DNA of 64,000 nucleotides from Bacteroidales bacterium (GTDB lineage Bacteria > Bacteroidota > Bacteroidia > Bacteroidales > PUMT01), in assembly GCA_046483315.1 (NCBI GenBank), contig JAWODJ010000114.1, positions 4,241 to 68,240 of the forward strand. Direction: 5' to 3'. Of the stretch, positions 10,160 to 21,300 are shown piece by piece (position 1 is the first letter of the stretch; the number at the start of each line of letters is the position of its first letter). Position numbers and translations under genes: made by a program. The notes beneath the pieces are model-generated. The model had not been told where the DNA came from and did no database searches. It saw nothing but the letters and a program-made list of their open reading frames with translations.

Positions 10160-11116
10160 ATGTGTAAATTAGCTGTAGTGGCTCTTGGGGGCAATGCATT
10201 ATTGCGCGGAGATCAGGCAGGGACAATTGATGAACAGGAACAAAATACCTCTGACACCCTTGAGAACCTGGTATTCCTGTTGAAGGAAGGTTATAATCTT
10301 GTTATAACTCACGGTAATGGCCCGCAGGTGGGAAATATCCTCATGAGAAACGATGCAGGGGAACAGAACTATGGAATACCTCAGATGCCACTGGATATTT
10401 GTGTTGCCGATTCCCAGGGAGGGATTGGTTACATGATTGAAAGAATTATGCTGAATGTTCTCAGGAAGCATAATCTGAACAGGGAAATTGTTACACTTGC
10501 CACTATGGTTGAGGTGGATAAAAATGATGAGGCATTTATGAATCCCTCCAAACGTGTTGGTAAGATTTATACTAAAGATCAGGCAGACAGGCTTTCCGGT
10601 GAAAAGGGCTGGGAATTCAGGGAAGAAGTAAAGATAAAGGATGGATGGCGCAGGGTTGTTCCTTCTCCCGGGCCAATAAGTATATTAAACGAGAATATAG
10701 TAGCAAAACTGGCTCATGAAGGCACTATTGTAATTGCAGCAGGAGGAGGGGGTGTTCCGGTTTATTATGATGATCAGGGAAATGTCAGGCCTTCTGAGGC
10801 TGTTATAGATAAGGATCTTGCAGGGTCACTGCTTGCTGCAAGGATCAAAGCAGATGAATTCTATATACTTACAGACGTTCCTTACGTTTTTATAAATTTT
10901 AATAAACCCGGCCAGCAGGCAGTTGAGTTTTTAGATAGAGCAGATACTGTTAAATACATGGAGAAGGGAATGTTTGCAGAAGGCAGCATGGCTCCCAAGA
11001 TCAGAGCATGTTTACAGTTTATAGAAAAGGGAGGAGGGAAGAGCGTTATAACCGAAGCTTTTAAATTGTCAGATAGAAAGTATGGAACCAAAATTACAAT
11101 GGAATACGAGGATTGA
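10160..11116 (+). CDS. arcC: Carbamate kinase
   Basis: 318 aa. VVALGGNALL, THGNGPQVG, IAAGGGGVP and the family-typical C-terminus. Confidence 0.9.
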   Translation: MCKLAVVALGGNALLRGDQAGTIDEQEQNTSDTLENLVFLLKEGYNLVITHGNGPQVGNILMRNDAGEQNYGIPQMPLDICVADSQGGIGYMIERIMLNVLRKHNLNREIVTLATMVEVDKNDEAFMNPSKRVGKIYTKDQADRLSGEKGWEFREEVKIKDGWRRVVPSPGPISILNENIVAKLAHEGTIVIAAGGGGVPVYYDDQGNVRPSEAVIDKDLAGSLLAARIKADEFYILTDVPYVFINFNKPGQQAVEFLDRADTVKYMEKGMFAEGSMAPKIRACLQFIEKGGGKSVITEAFKLSDRKYGTKITMEYED

Positions 11117-11221
11117 TTAATAATTACTTATGCTTTTTATCAGAGGTAATCCAATTATACGAAAAACCCTTTTAATGCAGAAAACATATCACTTATTGTT
11201 GAATTTAAATCAATACATATC

Positions 11222-12223
11222 ATGGCTTATAACATGAGAAATCGTCATTTTTTGAAATTACTTGATTTTACACCACAGGAGATAAGATACCTGCTGGATT
11301 TATCAGTCACTCTTAAATCTGCCAAATATGCAGGTACCGAACAACAAAGGCTAAAAGGCAAAAATATTGCATTGATTTTCGAGAAGACTTCAACCCGTAC
11401 CCGTTGTGCTTTTGAAGTTGCTGCATTTGATCAGGGTGCTCACGTAAGCTATCTGGGGCCAACCGGCTCACAGATAGGGCATAAGGAATCAATGAAAGAC
11501 ACGGCGCGTGTTCTGGGTCGCATGTATGATGGTATTGAGTATCGTGGTTTCGGCCAGGATATTGTTCAGGAACTTGCTGAATATGCAGGAGTGCCTGTTT
11601 GGAATGGCCTTACCAACGAATTTCATCCCACCCAGGTTCTTGCTGATCTTATGACAATGATGGAAAACTCTGATAAACCTCTTGAAAATATTGCATTTTG
11701 TTATCTCGGAGATGCAAGAAATAATATGGGCAATTCACTTATGGTAGGAGCTGCAAAGATGGGTATGGATTTCAGGGCTGCCGCACCACCTGCATGTCAG
11801 CCTGATAAAAAGCTTGTTGATAAATGCAGGCTTATCGCAAAGGAAACAGGAGCAAAAATAACTGTAACCGGCAATGTCCGGGAAGCAGTTAGTGGAGTGG
11901 ACTTTTTATATACCGATGTATGGGTATCAATGGGTGAACCCGAATCTGTATGGGAAGACCGGATAAATTTGCTCAAACCTTACCAGGTTAACAGGAAGAC
12001 CATAACCTGGTGTGGAAATCCCGGAGTGAAATTTCTGCATTGCCTTCCCGCCTTTCATAATCGTGAAACAAAAGTCGGAGAAGAAATGTATCAAAAGTTT
12101 GGTATTGAATCTATGGAAGTAACCGAAGATATTTTTGAATCCGAGCATTCTGTTGTTTTTGACCAGTCTGAAAACCGCATGCACACCATAAAAGCTGTCA
12201 TGGTTGCAACCCTGGGACAGTAA
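11222..12223 (+). CDS. argF: Ornithine carbamoyltransferase (probably catabolic, given the adjacent carbamate kinase)
   Basis: 333 aa. Carbamoyl-phosphate motif [17 protein letters not shown], ornithine motif DVWVSMGE, and HCLPAFH. Confidence 0.9.
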   Translation: MAYNMRNRHFLKLLDFTPQEIRYLLDLSVTLKSAKYAGTEQQRLKGKNIALIFEKTSTRTRCAFEVAAFDQGAHVSYLGPTGSQIGHKESMKDTARVLGRMYDGIEYRGFGQDIVQELAEYAGVPVWNGLTNEFHPTQVLADLMTMMENSDKPLENIAFCYLGDARNNMGNSLMVGAAKMGMDFRAAAPPACQPDKKLVDKCRLIAKETGAKITVTGNVREAVSGVDFLYTDVWVSMGEPESVWEDRINLLKPYQVNRKTITWCGNPGVKFLHCLPAFHNRETKVGEEMYQKFGIESMEVTEDIFESEHSVVFDQSENRMHTIKAVMVATLGQ

Positions 12224-12249
12224 AAACATGATGTGCATATTATTACACA

Positions 12250-12291
12250 ATCCGGAACAGACTATATGAAGTTATTGTTCCGGATTTTTTT
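12250..12291 (+). terminator. Rho-independent terminator after argF
   Basis: ATCCGGAAC ... GTTCCGGAT stem followed by TTTTTT. Confidence 0.6.
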
Positions 12292-12374
12292 ACCGGGATT
12301 TTTTTTATTCAAACATTAATTCATAACTTGTTTATGATTTTATATTTATTTGTTTGGATAAAACCTTCACAGCT

Positions 12375-12626
12375 ATGACAATTTACATCGGGAATATTCC
12401 CTATTCATTAAAAGAAACCGATATCGAGCAATTATTTGCCGAATTCGGAACAGTGATGTCTGTCAAGATCATTACTGATAAATTTACTCACAGATCAAAG
12501 GGTTATGGATTTGTTGAAATGGAAAATGATTCAGAGGGGGAAAGCGCCATTGAAAATCTTAACGGCAAAGATGTACTGGGAAGGAGTTTAAAGGTTAGCA
12601 GGGCCAATCCGCGCAAAAACGGGTGA
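12375..12626 (+). CDS. RRM (RNP-1/RNP-2) RNA-binding protein
   Basis: RNP-2 IYIGNI and RNP-1 KGYGFVEM. The ORF-track start at 12354 is a TTG; the ATG at 12375 gives the family-typical MTIYIGN N-terminus. Confidence 0.85.
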   Translation: MTIYIGNIPYSLKETDIEQLFAEFGTVMSVKIITDKFTHRSKGYGFVEMENDSEGESAIENLNGKDVLGRSLKVSRANPRKNG

Positions 12627-12718
12627 CCTTTCCCGCGGGATTCCATATAAAATGTATAAGATGGGCAGGATCACATTATGCCCTTTTTTATTGGAAGGAT
12701 AAAGCAGGTTATATAAAT

Positions 12719-12750
12719 AAAAAAATGCCTTAATTATATATTTAAGGCAT
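12719..12750 (-). terminator. Terminator hairpin downstream of ssrA
   Basis: ATGCCTTAA/TTAAGGCAT stem. On the minus strand it is followed by a T-run (A-run 12719-12725 on the plus strand). Confidence 0.5.
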
Positions 12751-12764
12751 TAAGATAAAATCTG

Positions 12765-13154
12765 TGGAGCTGGAGGGAGTCGAACCCTCGTCCAAACAAG
12801 GAACCTATATGATTTCTACATGCTTAGTCTGTTATTAATTGTCGGGTTCAGGCCGGCAACAGACAGCCTAACTAAACCTTATTCCCTTATTTCTCATCAG
12901 AAGTCCGGGAAAAACTCCTGACCAGCCCTAACTTGTCGGTGCCTCTATATCAAAAACCGCAGGGCGGGGTTTTTGAGAGACAGCTTGTCTGCGATCCTTG
13001 ACCGCAGATGGAGCATAGATCTTCTTAAGATTATGCTGCAAGCGCGTAGTTATTCTCGCCGTTTAATTGTTTGCACCACAGTTTAACGAGTTGAATTGCT
13101 TTGCTCGGCATGCTTACATATCTGCTCATCTTGCTGTCAAAACCAGTCAGCCCC
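12765..13154 (-). ncRNA. ssrA: tmRNA (SsrA)
   Basis: Minus-strand 5' end GGGGCTGACTGGTTTTGACAGC. 3' tRNA-like end GGACGAGGGTTCGACTCCCTCCAGCTCCA. Internal tag reading frame GGC GAG AAT AAC TAC GCG CTT GCA GCA TAA gives GENNYALAA*. Confidence 0.9.
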
Positions 13155-13255
13155 ATGAACAATATGCAATAGTACAAAAATCCTGCCAATTATAAAACGG
13201 TGCATTGATTTAAATATTTTCACTTAAAATGATTATTTTAGTAAAAAATTCCTTT

Positions 13256-14458
13256 ATGCATATCGGAGTTCTTAAAGAGACAAAAATACCTGTTGATCGA
13301 AGAGTTGCCCTGACTCCCACAGCTGCAGTTAAATTACTGAAACTTTATCCTGAATTTGATATTTCTGTTGAAAGCAGCGAAATAAGATGTTTCAGTGATG
13401 ATGAGTACAGGGATGCCGGAATACCTGTAAAAGAGGACATTTCAGTATGCGACCTGTTTGTTGGGATTAAGGAGGTGGACATATCAACACTTCTTCCCGG
13501 GAAAACATATCTGTTTTTTTCTCATACTGCCAAAAAACAACTCTATAACCGGAAGCTTTTACAGGAGATAGTCCGGAATAAAATTACCCTTGTAGACTTC
13601 GAGTACCTTACCAGTGAAGATAATGTGAGACTGGTTGCTTTTGGCAGATGGGCAGGTATGGTAGGGGCATATAATGGTTTGCGCGGTTATGGATTACGGT
13701 ATAACCTTTTCAATCTAAAACCTGCTCATAAGTGCCATGACATGAATGAGATGATGGCTGAAGTTAAAAAAGTCGATCTTCCACCTGTTAAAATACTGAT
13801 AACCGGTGGAGGACGTGTGGCAGGCGGTGCCATGGAGACCCTTGCCAGGCTTGATTATAAGTCAGTAAAACCATACGATTTTCTTGAAAAAACATTTGAT
13901 GAACCCGTTATCTGTCAGATTGAACCATGGGATTACGTTAAACGAAAAGATGGAGAAGATTTTGATCTTCAGCATTTCTTTTATTACCCCGAAGAATATG
14001 ATTCCGTATTTCAACCTTATTCGAAAGTAACCGATCTTTTTATACCCTGTCATTACTGGGATCCCCGCTCACCTGTTTTTTTAGAGGAGAAAGATTACCG
14101 TAGTCCGCAATTTAATATCTCTGTAATTGCTGATGTGAGCTGTGATATAAGAAAGCCCATTGCATCAACCATCAGGGCTTCATCAATTGAGGAACCTTTT
14201 TACGGGTATGACCCGGTAACCGGCCTGGAGGGAGATCCATTCGACCTGAAGAATATTACTGTTATGGCAGTTGATAATCTGCCCGGTGAGCTGCCCCGGG
14301 ATGCTTCAGTTGAATTTTCGGAGAAACTTATTGAAAATGTCTTTCCTTCCTTTTTAAATGACAGGGAAGGTATCATAGAAAGGGCTACTATTGTAAGGGA
14401 GGGGGGACTAACTCGGAATTTTTCCTACCTGGAAGATTTTATTGCAGGTGCAGAATAG
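13256..14458 (+). CDS. Alanine dehydrogenase/PNT-fold oxidoreductase (saccharopine/lysine-ketoglutarate reductase-like)
   Basis: N-terminus MHIGVLKETKIPVDRRVALTP and Rossmann ILITGGGRVAGGA. The ORF-track start at 13229 adds 9 residues; either ATG is possible. Substrate not assignable by eye. Confidence 0.55.
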   Translation: MHIGVLKETKIPVDRRVALTPTAAVKLLKLYPEFDISVESSEIRCFSDDEYRDAGIPVKEDISVCDLFVGIKEVDISTLLPGKTYLFFSHTAKKQLYNRKLLQEIVRNKITLVDFEYLTSEDNVRLVAFGRWAGMVGAYNGLRGYGLRYNLFNLKPAHKCHDMNEMMAEVKKVDLPPVKILITGGGRVAGGAMETLARLDYKSVKPYDFLEKTFDEPVICQIEPWDYVKRKDGEDFDLQHFFYYPEEYDSVFQPYSKVTDLFIPCHYWDPRSPVFLEEKDYRSPQFNISVIADVSCDIRKPIASTIRASSIEEPFYGYDPVTGLEGDPFDLKNITVMAVDNLPGELPRDASVEFSEKLIENVFPSFLNDREGIIERATIVREGGLTRNFSYLEDFIAGAE

Positions 14459-14468
14459 GTTGATATAC

Positions 14469-15134
14469 TCAGGCAGTTTTTTCGGGTGAATTTTTAAGTA
14501 ACCTTATTGTTTCAGGGGGATCGTCTGATTTAAATATTGCATTCCCTGCCACAAGAACATTTGCTCCGGCTTTCACGAGATGAGGGGCATTTTTAATATC
14601 TATGCCTCCATCCACTTCAATTATTGCCGGTGATCCTGTTTCGTTTATAAGGGCTTTAAGTTTTCTTATTTTATTGTAGCTGTTCTCGATAAAAGTTTGT
14701 CCTCCGTAACCCGGATTAACAGTCATCAGCAAGACCATATCAAGATATGGAAGTATTTCTTCCAGAACTGCAACCGGGGTATGCGGATTGAGTGAAACAC
14801 CTGCTTTCATGCCAATGGATTGTATATCTGTAACGGCACTGTGAAGATGATTAACTGCTTCATAATGCAGAGTGAGGATCGATGCACCTGCCTTATGAAA
14901 ACGTTCAATGTAATTTTCAGGATTCATAATCATCAGATGAACGTCCAGTGGTTTGGATGTTTTTTTCCTTACAGCCTCCAGCACCGGAAATCCAAAACTT
15001 ATGTTTGGTACAAATACCCCGTCCATTACATCAATATGAAGCCAGTCCGCTTTACTGCCGTTGATCATCTCAATATCAGCATTAAGGTTACCGAAGTCTG
15101 CAGCAAGTAATGAAGGAGCTATCAGTGGTTGCAT
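14469..15134 (-). CDS. rpe: Ribulose-phosphate 3-epimerase
   Basis: 221 aa. IAPSLLAADF, HIDVMDGVFVPNISFG, VNPGYGGQ, EVDGGI. Confidence 0.9.
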   Translation of the reverse strand: MQPLIAPSLLAADFGNLNADIEMINGSKADWLHIDVMDGVFVPNISFGFPVLEAVRKKTSKPLDVHLMIMNPENYIERFHKAGASILTLHYEAVNHLHSAVTDIQSIGMKAGVSLNPHTPVAVLEEILPYLDMVLLMTVNPGYGGQTFIENSYNKIRKLKALINETGSPAIIEVDGGIDIKNAPHLVKAGANVLVAGNAIFKSDDPPETIRLLKNSPEKTA

Positions 15135-15178
15135 TGAGGATAAGTTTGTTTCAGAAAAGAATAAATTTTTTTCAGGGG

Positions 15179-16039
15179 TTATAAATAGGTTTTCAGGATC
15201 TTATTTCTGGTAGAATGTTTGAGGCGCTTTATTGCTTTTTCCTTAATTTGCCTGACCCTTTCTCTTGTAAGGTTAAATGCTTCGCCTATCTCTTCAAGTG
15301 TGTGAGGATGTTTGCCGTTAAGACCGAAATAGAGTCTGACAATGTTCGCCTCCCGGTATGTTAGTGTTGATAATGCTCTCTCAATTTCCTTTCTCAGTGA
15401 TTCGTTTAAAAGTCCTTTATCCGGCGAGGGCATGTTATCGGCGAGCAAAACATCATACATGTTACCTTCTTCATCGGGATTGATAGGAGCATCCATCGAT
15501 ACGTGCCGGCCTGAGGTTTTAAGTGATTCCTTTACATCTTTTGGAGCAAGCTCCAATGCCTGGGCTATTTCGAGTATTGAGGGCTCCCGTTCAAACTTCT
15601 GTTCGAGTTCCGAGAATGTCCTGTTTATCTTGTTGATATACCCTATCTTATTCAGAGGCAGGCGGACAATTCTTGCCTGTTCTGCAAGTGCCTGCAATAT
15701 TGATTGTCTGATCCACCAGACAGCATATGAAATAAATTTGAATCCCCTGGTTTCATCAAATCGTTGAGCAGCTTTTATTAGTCCCAGATTTCCTTCATTG
15801 ATAAGATCGGGCAAGCTAAGTCCTTGATTCTGATATTGCTTGGAGACAGAAACAACAAACCTTAAATTGGCCTTGATAAGAAGATCAAGTGCTTTTTCAT
15901 CACCGTTCCTGATCTTCCTGGCCAGCTCAACCTCTTCCTCGGCTGAGATGAGCTCAACTTTTGCAATTTCATGCAGGTATTTATCCAGCGAAGGAGTTTC
16001 TCTGTTGGTTACCTGTTTGATGATCTTTAATTGTCTCAT
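15179..16039 (-). CDS. rpoD: Primary RNA polymerase sigma factor (sigma-70 family, short Bacteroidota type)
   Basis: 286 aa. Region 2 ([41 protein letters not shown]) and region 4 ([23 protein letters not shown]). Lacks a long region 1.1. Confidence 0.9.
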   Translation of the reverse strand: MRQLKIIKQVTNRETPSLDKYLHEIAKVELISAEEEVELARKIRNGDEKALDLLIKANLRFVVSVSKQYQNQGLSLPDLINEGNLGLIKAAQRFDETRGFKFISYAVWWIRQSILQALAEQARIVRLPLNKIGYINKINRTFSELEQKFEREPSILEIAQALELAPKDVKESLKTSGRHVSMDAPINPDEEGNMYDVLLADNMPSPDKGLLNESLRKEIERALSTLTYREANIVRLYFGLNGKHPHTLEEIGEAFNLTRERVRQIKEKAIKRLKHSTRNKILKTYL

Positions 16040-16414
16040 TCAGCCTGTAATTTTGATTTATCTGAATAAATACGAAAACTGAAATGTAAAAGTTGCAAAC
16101 ACGGTTACATTCTTTAAGTGAGTTTAAAAGAACAGAAAGATTTTTTTTAAAATAAAAATACATTAACTTTGCAGGCAGAAGCAAACTTAAGTATAAGTTA
16201 TTGAAAACGGCAATGAGATATCGAAAAAACACAATTATTTTGGTATTTTTTGCTTATTTTCATTAAATACTTATTATTGCATTATAATTCCACATTCGTA
16301 TTGCACAACATTCTTATAATTCCCTTTGCATAAAACACCGGATTTCTTCAGTTTTCCGGCGATTATTATCATAATTACTACTTACAATTTTATTAATTAA
16401 TTCCGATCAAAAAG

Positions 16415-18124
16415 ATGTATGATATTCTTGAACTTAACAAGAAACTTGTTTCTGAGTTGCGTGATATAGCTAAAGAGCTTAAGATAAAGCGTGTAGAGTC
16501 TTTAAAAAAACAGGATTTAATTTACAGGATCCTCGATCAGCAGGCAATAAACACTTCAGAAAAAGATGCCGGAAAAAACCGGAGTGTTTCAAAAAATCAG
16601 GATCAAAGCACCGGTAAGCGTAGGGGAAGGCCCCCGTCAAAACAAAAACAGGTAAAAGAAGACCAGCCGTACAATAAAAAGCAGGATAATACCGGTACCA
16701 GACCTGAAAAAAGCCATGTTTCCCGTTACGATAAAGGTCGCGGTAATGCAACAAAGAATGAAACAGCTTCATATTCTGAAAAAACCGGCTCAGATATTAA
16801 ATCAGAAAATAAGAATGAGGGCAGGCAAAAAATGCCTCATCAGGAAATCAGTAAACAATCACAATCGGTTAATCAGGACGAAAAAAAGACACAACAGCCT
16901 TCCCATAAAAATGAAAGAAGGGCTCAACAGTCCGACAGACAGTCTAAAGAGGGATTTCATAAAAAACAATATGAAAGGAAAGGGATACCCCGTGAATATG
17001 ATTTTGATGGTATTATTTCTTCATCAGGACTTCTGGAGATTATGCCCGATGGTTACGGGTTTTTGCGTTCTTCCGACTATAACTATCTGAATTCACCGGA
17101 TGATGTATATGTTTCTCAATCGCAGATAAAGCTTTTTGGCCTTAAGACCGGAGATACAGTTCAGGGTACTATCAGACCCCCAAAGGACGGGGAAAAATAT
17201 TTTCCGCTCATTAAGGTAGAGCAGATTAACGGACGTACCCCTGATTTTATAAGAGACAGGGTTCCGTTTGACTTTCTTACACCACTGTTCCCTGATCAGA
17301 AATTTACTCTTGTAAGTGAAAAGAGCAACAGCCTTTCAGCCCGCATTGTAGATCTTTTTGCGCCTATTGGTAAGGGCCAGCGCGGTTTGATAGTGGCACA
17401 ACCGAAGACAGGTAAAACCGTGTTGCTGAAGGAAATTGCCAATTCAATTGCTGCCAATCATCCGGAGGTTTATATGATGATATTGCTTGTTGATGAACGG
17501 CCGGAAGAAGTTACTGATATGGCGCGAAGTGTCAGGGGGGAAGTAATCTCCTCAACTTTTGACGAACCGGCTGACCGGCATGTGAGGGTTGCAAATATGG
17601 TGATCGAAAAGGCAAAACGAATGGTTGAATGCGGACATGATGTTGTTATCTTACTTGATTCCATAACCCGGCTTGCAAGGGCTTTCAATACAGTTTCTCC
17701 GGCTTCCGGCAAAGTGCTTTCAGGAGGGGTTGATGCCAATGCACTTCAGAAACCAAAACGGTTTTTTGGTGCAGCAAGAAATATTGAGAACGGAGGCTCT
17801 CTTACAATATTGGCAACTGCCCTGACTGAGACTGGTTCTAAAATGGATGATGTGATCTTTGAAGAGTTTAAGGGAACCGGAAATATGGAACTGCAGCTTG
17901 ACCGTAAGCTGTCCAATAAACGGATTTATCCTTCTGTTGATGTCAATTTATCAAGTACAAGAAGAGAGGAGCTTCTTCTTGATAAAGAGATGATGAACAA
18001 GATATGGATTCTAAGAAACTATCTTTCCGATATGAATCCGGTAGAATCAATGGAATTTCTTCGTGACAGGGTTTCAAAAACCAGATCAAATGAAGAATTC
18101 CTTATCTCAATGAATAGTGAATAA
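16415..18124 (+). CDS. rho: Transcription termination factor Rho with an extended low-complexity insertion
   Basis: 569 aa. Rho_N helix bundle ([18 protein letters not shown]), a K/Q/S/N/E/R-rich stretch of about 150 aa, a CSD-like RNA-binding domain ([14 protein letters not shown]), Walker A PKTGKT, and the C-terminal ATPase. Confidence 0.95.
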   Translation: MYDILELNKKLVSELRDIAKELKIKRVESLKKQDLIYRILDQQAINTSEKDAGKNRSVSKNQDQSTGKRRGRPPSKQKQVKEDQPYNKKQDNTGTRPEKSHVSRYDKGRGNATKNETASYSEKTGSDIKSENKNEGRQKMPHQEISKQSQSVNQDEKKTQQPSHKNERRAQQSDRQSKEGFHKKQYERKGIPREYDFDGIISSSGLLEIMPDGYGFLRSSDYNYLNSPDDVYVSQSQIKLFGLKTGDTVQGTIRPPKDGEKYFPLIKVEQINGRTPDFIRDRVPFDFLTPLFPDQKFTLVSEKSNSLSARIVDLFAPIGKGQRGLIVAQPKTGKTVLLKEIANSIAANHPEVYMMILLVDERPEEVTDMARSVRGEVISSTFDEPADRHVRVANMVIEKAKRMVECGHDVVILLDSITRLARAFNTVSPASGKVLSGGVDANALQKPKRFFGAARNIENGGSLTILATALTETGSKMDDVIFEEFKGTGNMELQLDRKLSNKRIYPSVDVNLSSTRREELLLDKEMMNKIWILRNYLSDMNPVESMEFLRDRVSKTRSNEEFLISMNSE

Positions 18125-18338
18125 CGGGAACGGACTTTATTAAAGGTATGCGACAATAGGTCATGATGTTATCTTTTTTTTTGATTCACCCGTATAGTGG
18201 AGTAGCATGCCGGCTATTATGAGTAATGTCATGTGATTATTTCACCGGATTTTATATTTTTGCCTCTCGCCAGAGTTTTATAGTTATTTTAAAACTCCAA
18301 ACCAGGATAAATTATTTAACCAATTAATATATTTATAT

Positions 18339-21300
18339 ATGACTAAAAAGAAAAAATTTATTACCTGTGACGGGAACCACGCGGCAGCTCATGTCGCATA
18401 TATGTTCAGTGAGGTTGCTGCTATCTATCCCATTACCCCTTCATCCAATATGGCTGAGAACGTTGACGAGTGGGCCGCTCATGGCAGAAAGAATATTTTC
18501 GGAGATAAACTGAGAGTGGTGGAGATGCAATCTGAAGGTGGTGCATCAGGAGCCGTTCATGGTTCATTGCAGGCCGGTGCACTTACGACTACATTTACTG
18601 CATCACAGGGTCTTTTACTTATGATCCCGAATATGTATAAGATTTCCGGCGAACTTCTGCCCGGGGTATTTCATGTGAGCGCAAGAAGTCTTGCCGCCCA
18701 GGCTTTGTCAATATTTGGTGACCACAGTGATGTTATGAGTACAAGACACACCGGTTTTGCCATGCTGGCAACCGGTAGTGTGCAGGAAATTATGGATATT
18801 GCCGGTGTTGCCCACCTGGCTTCAATCAAAACAAGGATTCCATTCCTTCATTTCTTTGATGGATTCCGTACTTCACATGAGATTCAGAAAGTTGAGGAAT
18901 GTGACCAGGAAGAGATGTCCAGGCTTGTTGACTTTGATGCAGTTCAGTCTTTCCGTGAACGTGCCCTTAATCCTGAGCATCCGGTTACCAGGGGAACTGC
19001 TCAGAATCCTGATATCTATTTTCAGTCGAGGGAATCAGCCAACAAGTATTATGAGGTTGTTCCTGATATTGTTGAGGAGTATATGAAGGAGATTACTAAA
19101 ATTACCGGCCGTGAGTACCATCCCTTCACATATTACGGCGCCCCGGATGCTGAGAACATTGTTGTTGCAATGGGGTCGGTTACAGAAACGATAAAAGAAA
19201 CAGTAGACTACCTTGTATCCGGGGGTGAGAAGGTTGGTCTTATCACAGTCCATTTATACAGGCCGTTCTCATCGAAATATTTTATGAAGGTACTGCCAAA
19301 ATCGGTCAAAAAGATCTCAGTCCTTGACAGGACCAAAGAACCCGGAGCAAACGGGGAACCACTCTATCTTGACATTAAGGAGCTGTTTTACGGGCAGCCT
19401 GATTCACCGGTTATAGTTGGAGGCCGATACGGACTTAGTTCAAAGGATACAACTCCTGCCATGATCAAGTCTGTTTATGATAACCTTAATATGACCGAAC
19501 CTAAGAACGGGTTTACAGTTGGTATAGTGGATGATGTAACATACCGTTCACTTCCGTTGTTGCCTGATATTGATGTTTCTCCCAAAGGTAATTATGCTGC
19601 CAAATTCTACGGTCTTGGTTCCGACGGAACAGTGGGTGCCAATAAAAATTCCATAATAATAATAGGAAATACCACAGATAAGTATGCCCAGGCATATTTT
19701 GCCTACGATTCCAAGAAATCTGGAGGTATAACAGTTTCTCATCTGCGTTTCGGTGATAAGCCGATCCGTTCACCTTATCTTGTCAATACTGCCGATTTTA
19801 TTGCCTGCCACGTACCTTCATACCTTGAAAAATATGACTTACTCAAAGGACTGAAAAAAGGCGGTACTTTTCTTCTGAACAGTATATGGGACGAGAAAGA
19901 AACCAAAAAGAAAATCCCTGCCGGGATGAAAAAATATATGGCTGAGAATGATATTCAGTTTTATATAATAAACGGTACCGAAATTGCTGAAGAAATCGGA
20001 CTTGGTAACAGAACCAATACAATTATGCAATCAGCATTTTTCAAAATTTCAAATGTAATTCCTTATGATCAGGCGATTGATGAGATGAACAAAGCTATTG
20101 TCAAGTCATTTGGGATGAAAGGCGAAGAAATAGTTGATATGAATAAGGCCGCGGTAAAACGGGGTGGAGATGTAATAAAAGTTGATATTCCTGGTGAATG
20201 GAAGGATGTTGATGACAAAGCCGTTAAGGATAACAGGGATATTCCCGATTTCATTAAGAATGTAATGGAGCCGATAATTGCGCAGAATGGTGACAGCTTG
20301 CCGGTAAGCGCTTTTGCAGGACGTGAAGATGGTACGTTTCCTTCCGGTACCACTGCCTATGAAAAACGCGGTATTGCTGTACATGTGCCTGAATGGATTC
20401 CGGATAATTGTATCCAGTGCAACCAATGTTCATATGTTTGTCCTCATGCCGTTATAAGGCCATTCCTTCTTACAGAAGAGGAGGCTGAAAATGCTCCCGA
20501 AGGTACTGTTACAATAAAAGGACTGGGAGGAACCAAAGAATACCGGTACCGGATGCAGATCAGTCCCCTGGATTGTACAGGTTGCGGCAACTGTGTGGAT
20601 GTATGCCCTGCCAAAACCAAGGCACTTGTGATGAAAACACTGGAAGAACAAATGGGGGAAGATGAGCGTTGGGATTATATGAATAGTAAGGTTGGATACA
20701 AGGATACTGTTCTGGATAAAGAAAAATCAGTTAAGAACAGTCAGTTTGCACAGCCCCTGTTTGAGTTTTCCGGTGCCTGTGCCGGTTGTGGAGAAACACC
20801 CTATATCAAGCTTATAACCCAGCTTTACGGTGATCGTATGATGATTGCCAATGCCACCGGATGCTCGTCAATTTTTGGTGGTTCGGCACCTTCCACACCT
20901 TATACCTTTAATAAAAACGGACATGGTCCTGCATGGGCTAATTCCCTGTTTGAAGACAATGCTGAGTATGGATTCGGGATGGTCCTTGGTGTGAAGCAGA
21001 TGCGTGAAAAGATTGAAGACATAATGAAAAGCGCCCTTGAAGGTAATTTATCAAAAGAGATTAAAGAAGCTTATAATGAATGGATTGATGGTAAAGACGA
21101 TGCTCAGAGGTCAAAAGATGCTTCTGCCAGAATAATAGAGTTGCTTAAGGATAAGAAAGATAATACTTCCAGGGAGATAATGAAGCTGAAGCAATATCTT
21201 GTTAAAAAATCCGTATGGGTATTCGGAGGTGACGGATGGGCTTATGATATTGGCTACGGAGGCCTTGATCACGTAATTGCTTCGGGTGAGGATATAAACC

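Noticed and set aside
12627-13228. Genomic island or prophage integrated at the tmRNA gene
   Set aside because: There is no integrase, no duplicated ssrA 3' end and no foreign-looking genes on either side. The flanks are an RRM protein and a dehydrogenase.
18232-18246. TGTGATTATTTCACC upstream of PFOR, which looks like a Rex box
   Set aside because: The TGTGA and TCAC half-sites are separated by 5 nt instead of the 6 nt required by the TTGTGAAnnnnTTCACAA consensus, and the flanks do not match. I cannot call it a Rex site without a matrix scan.
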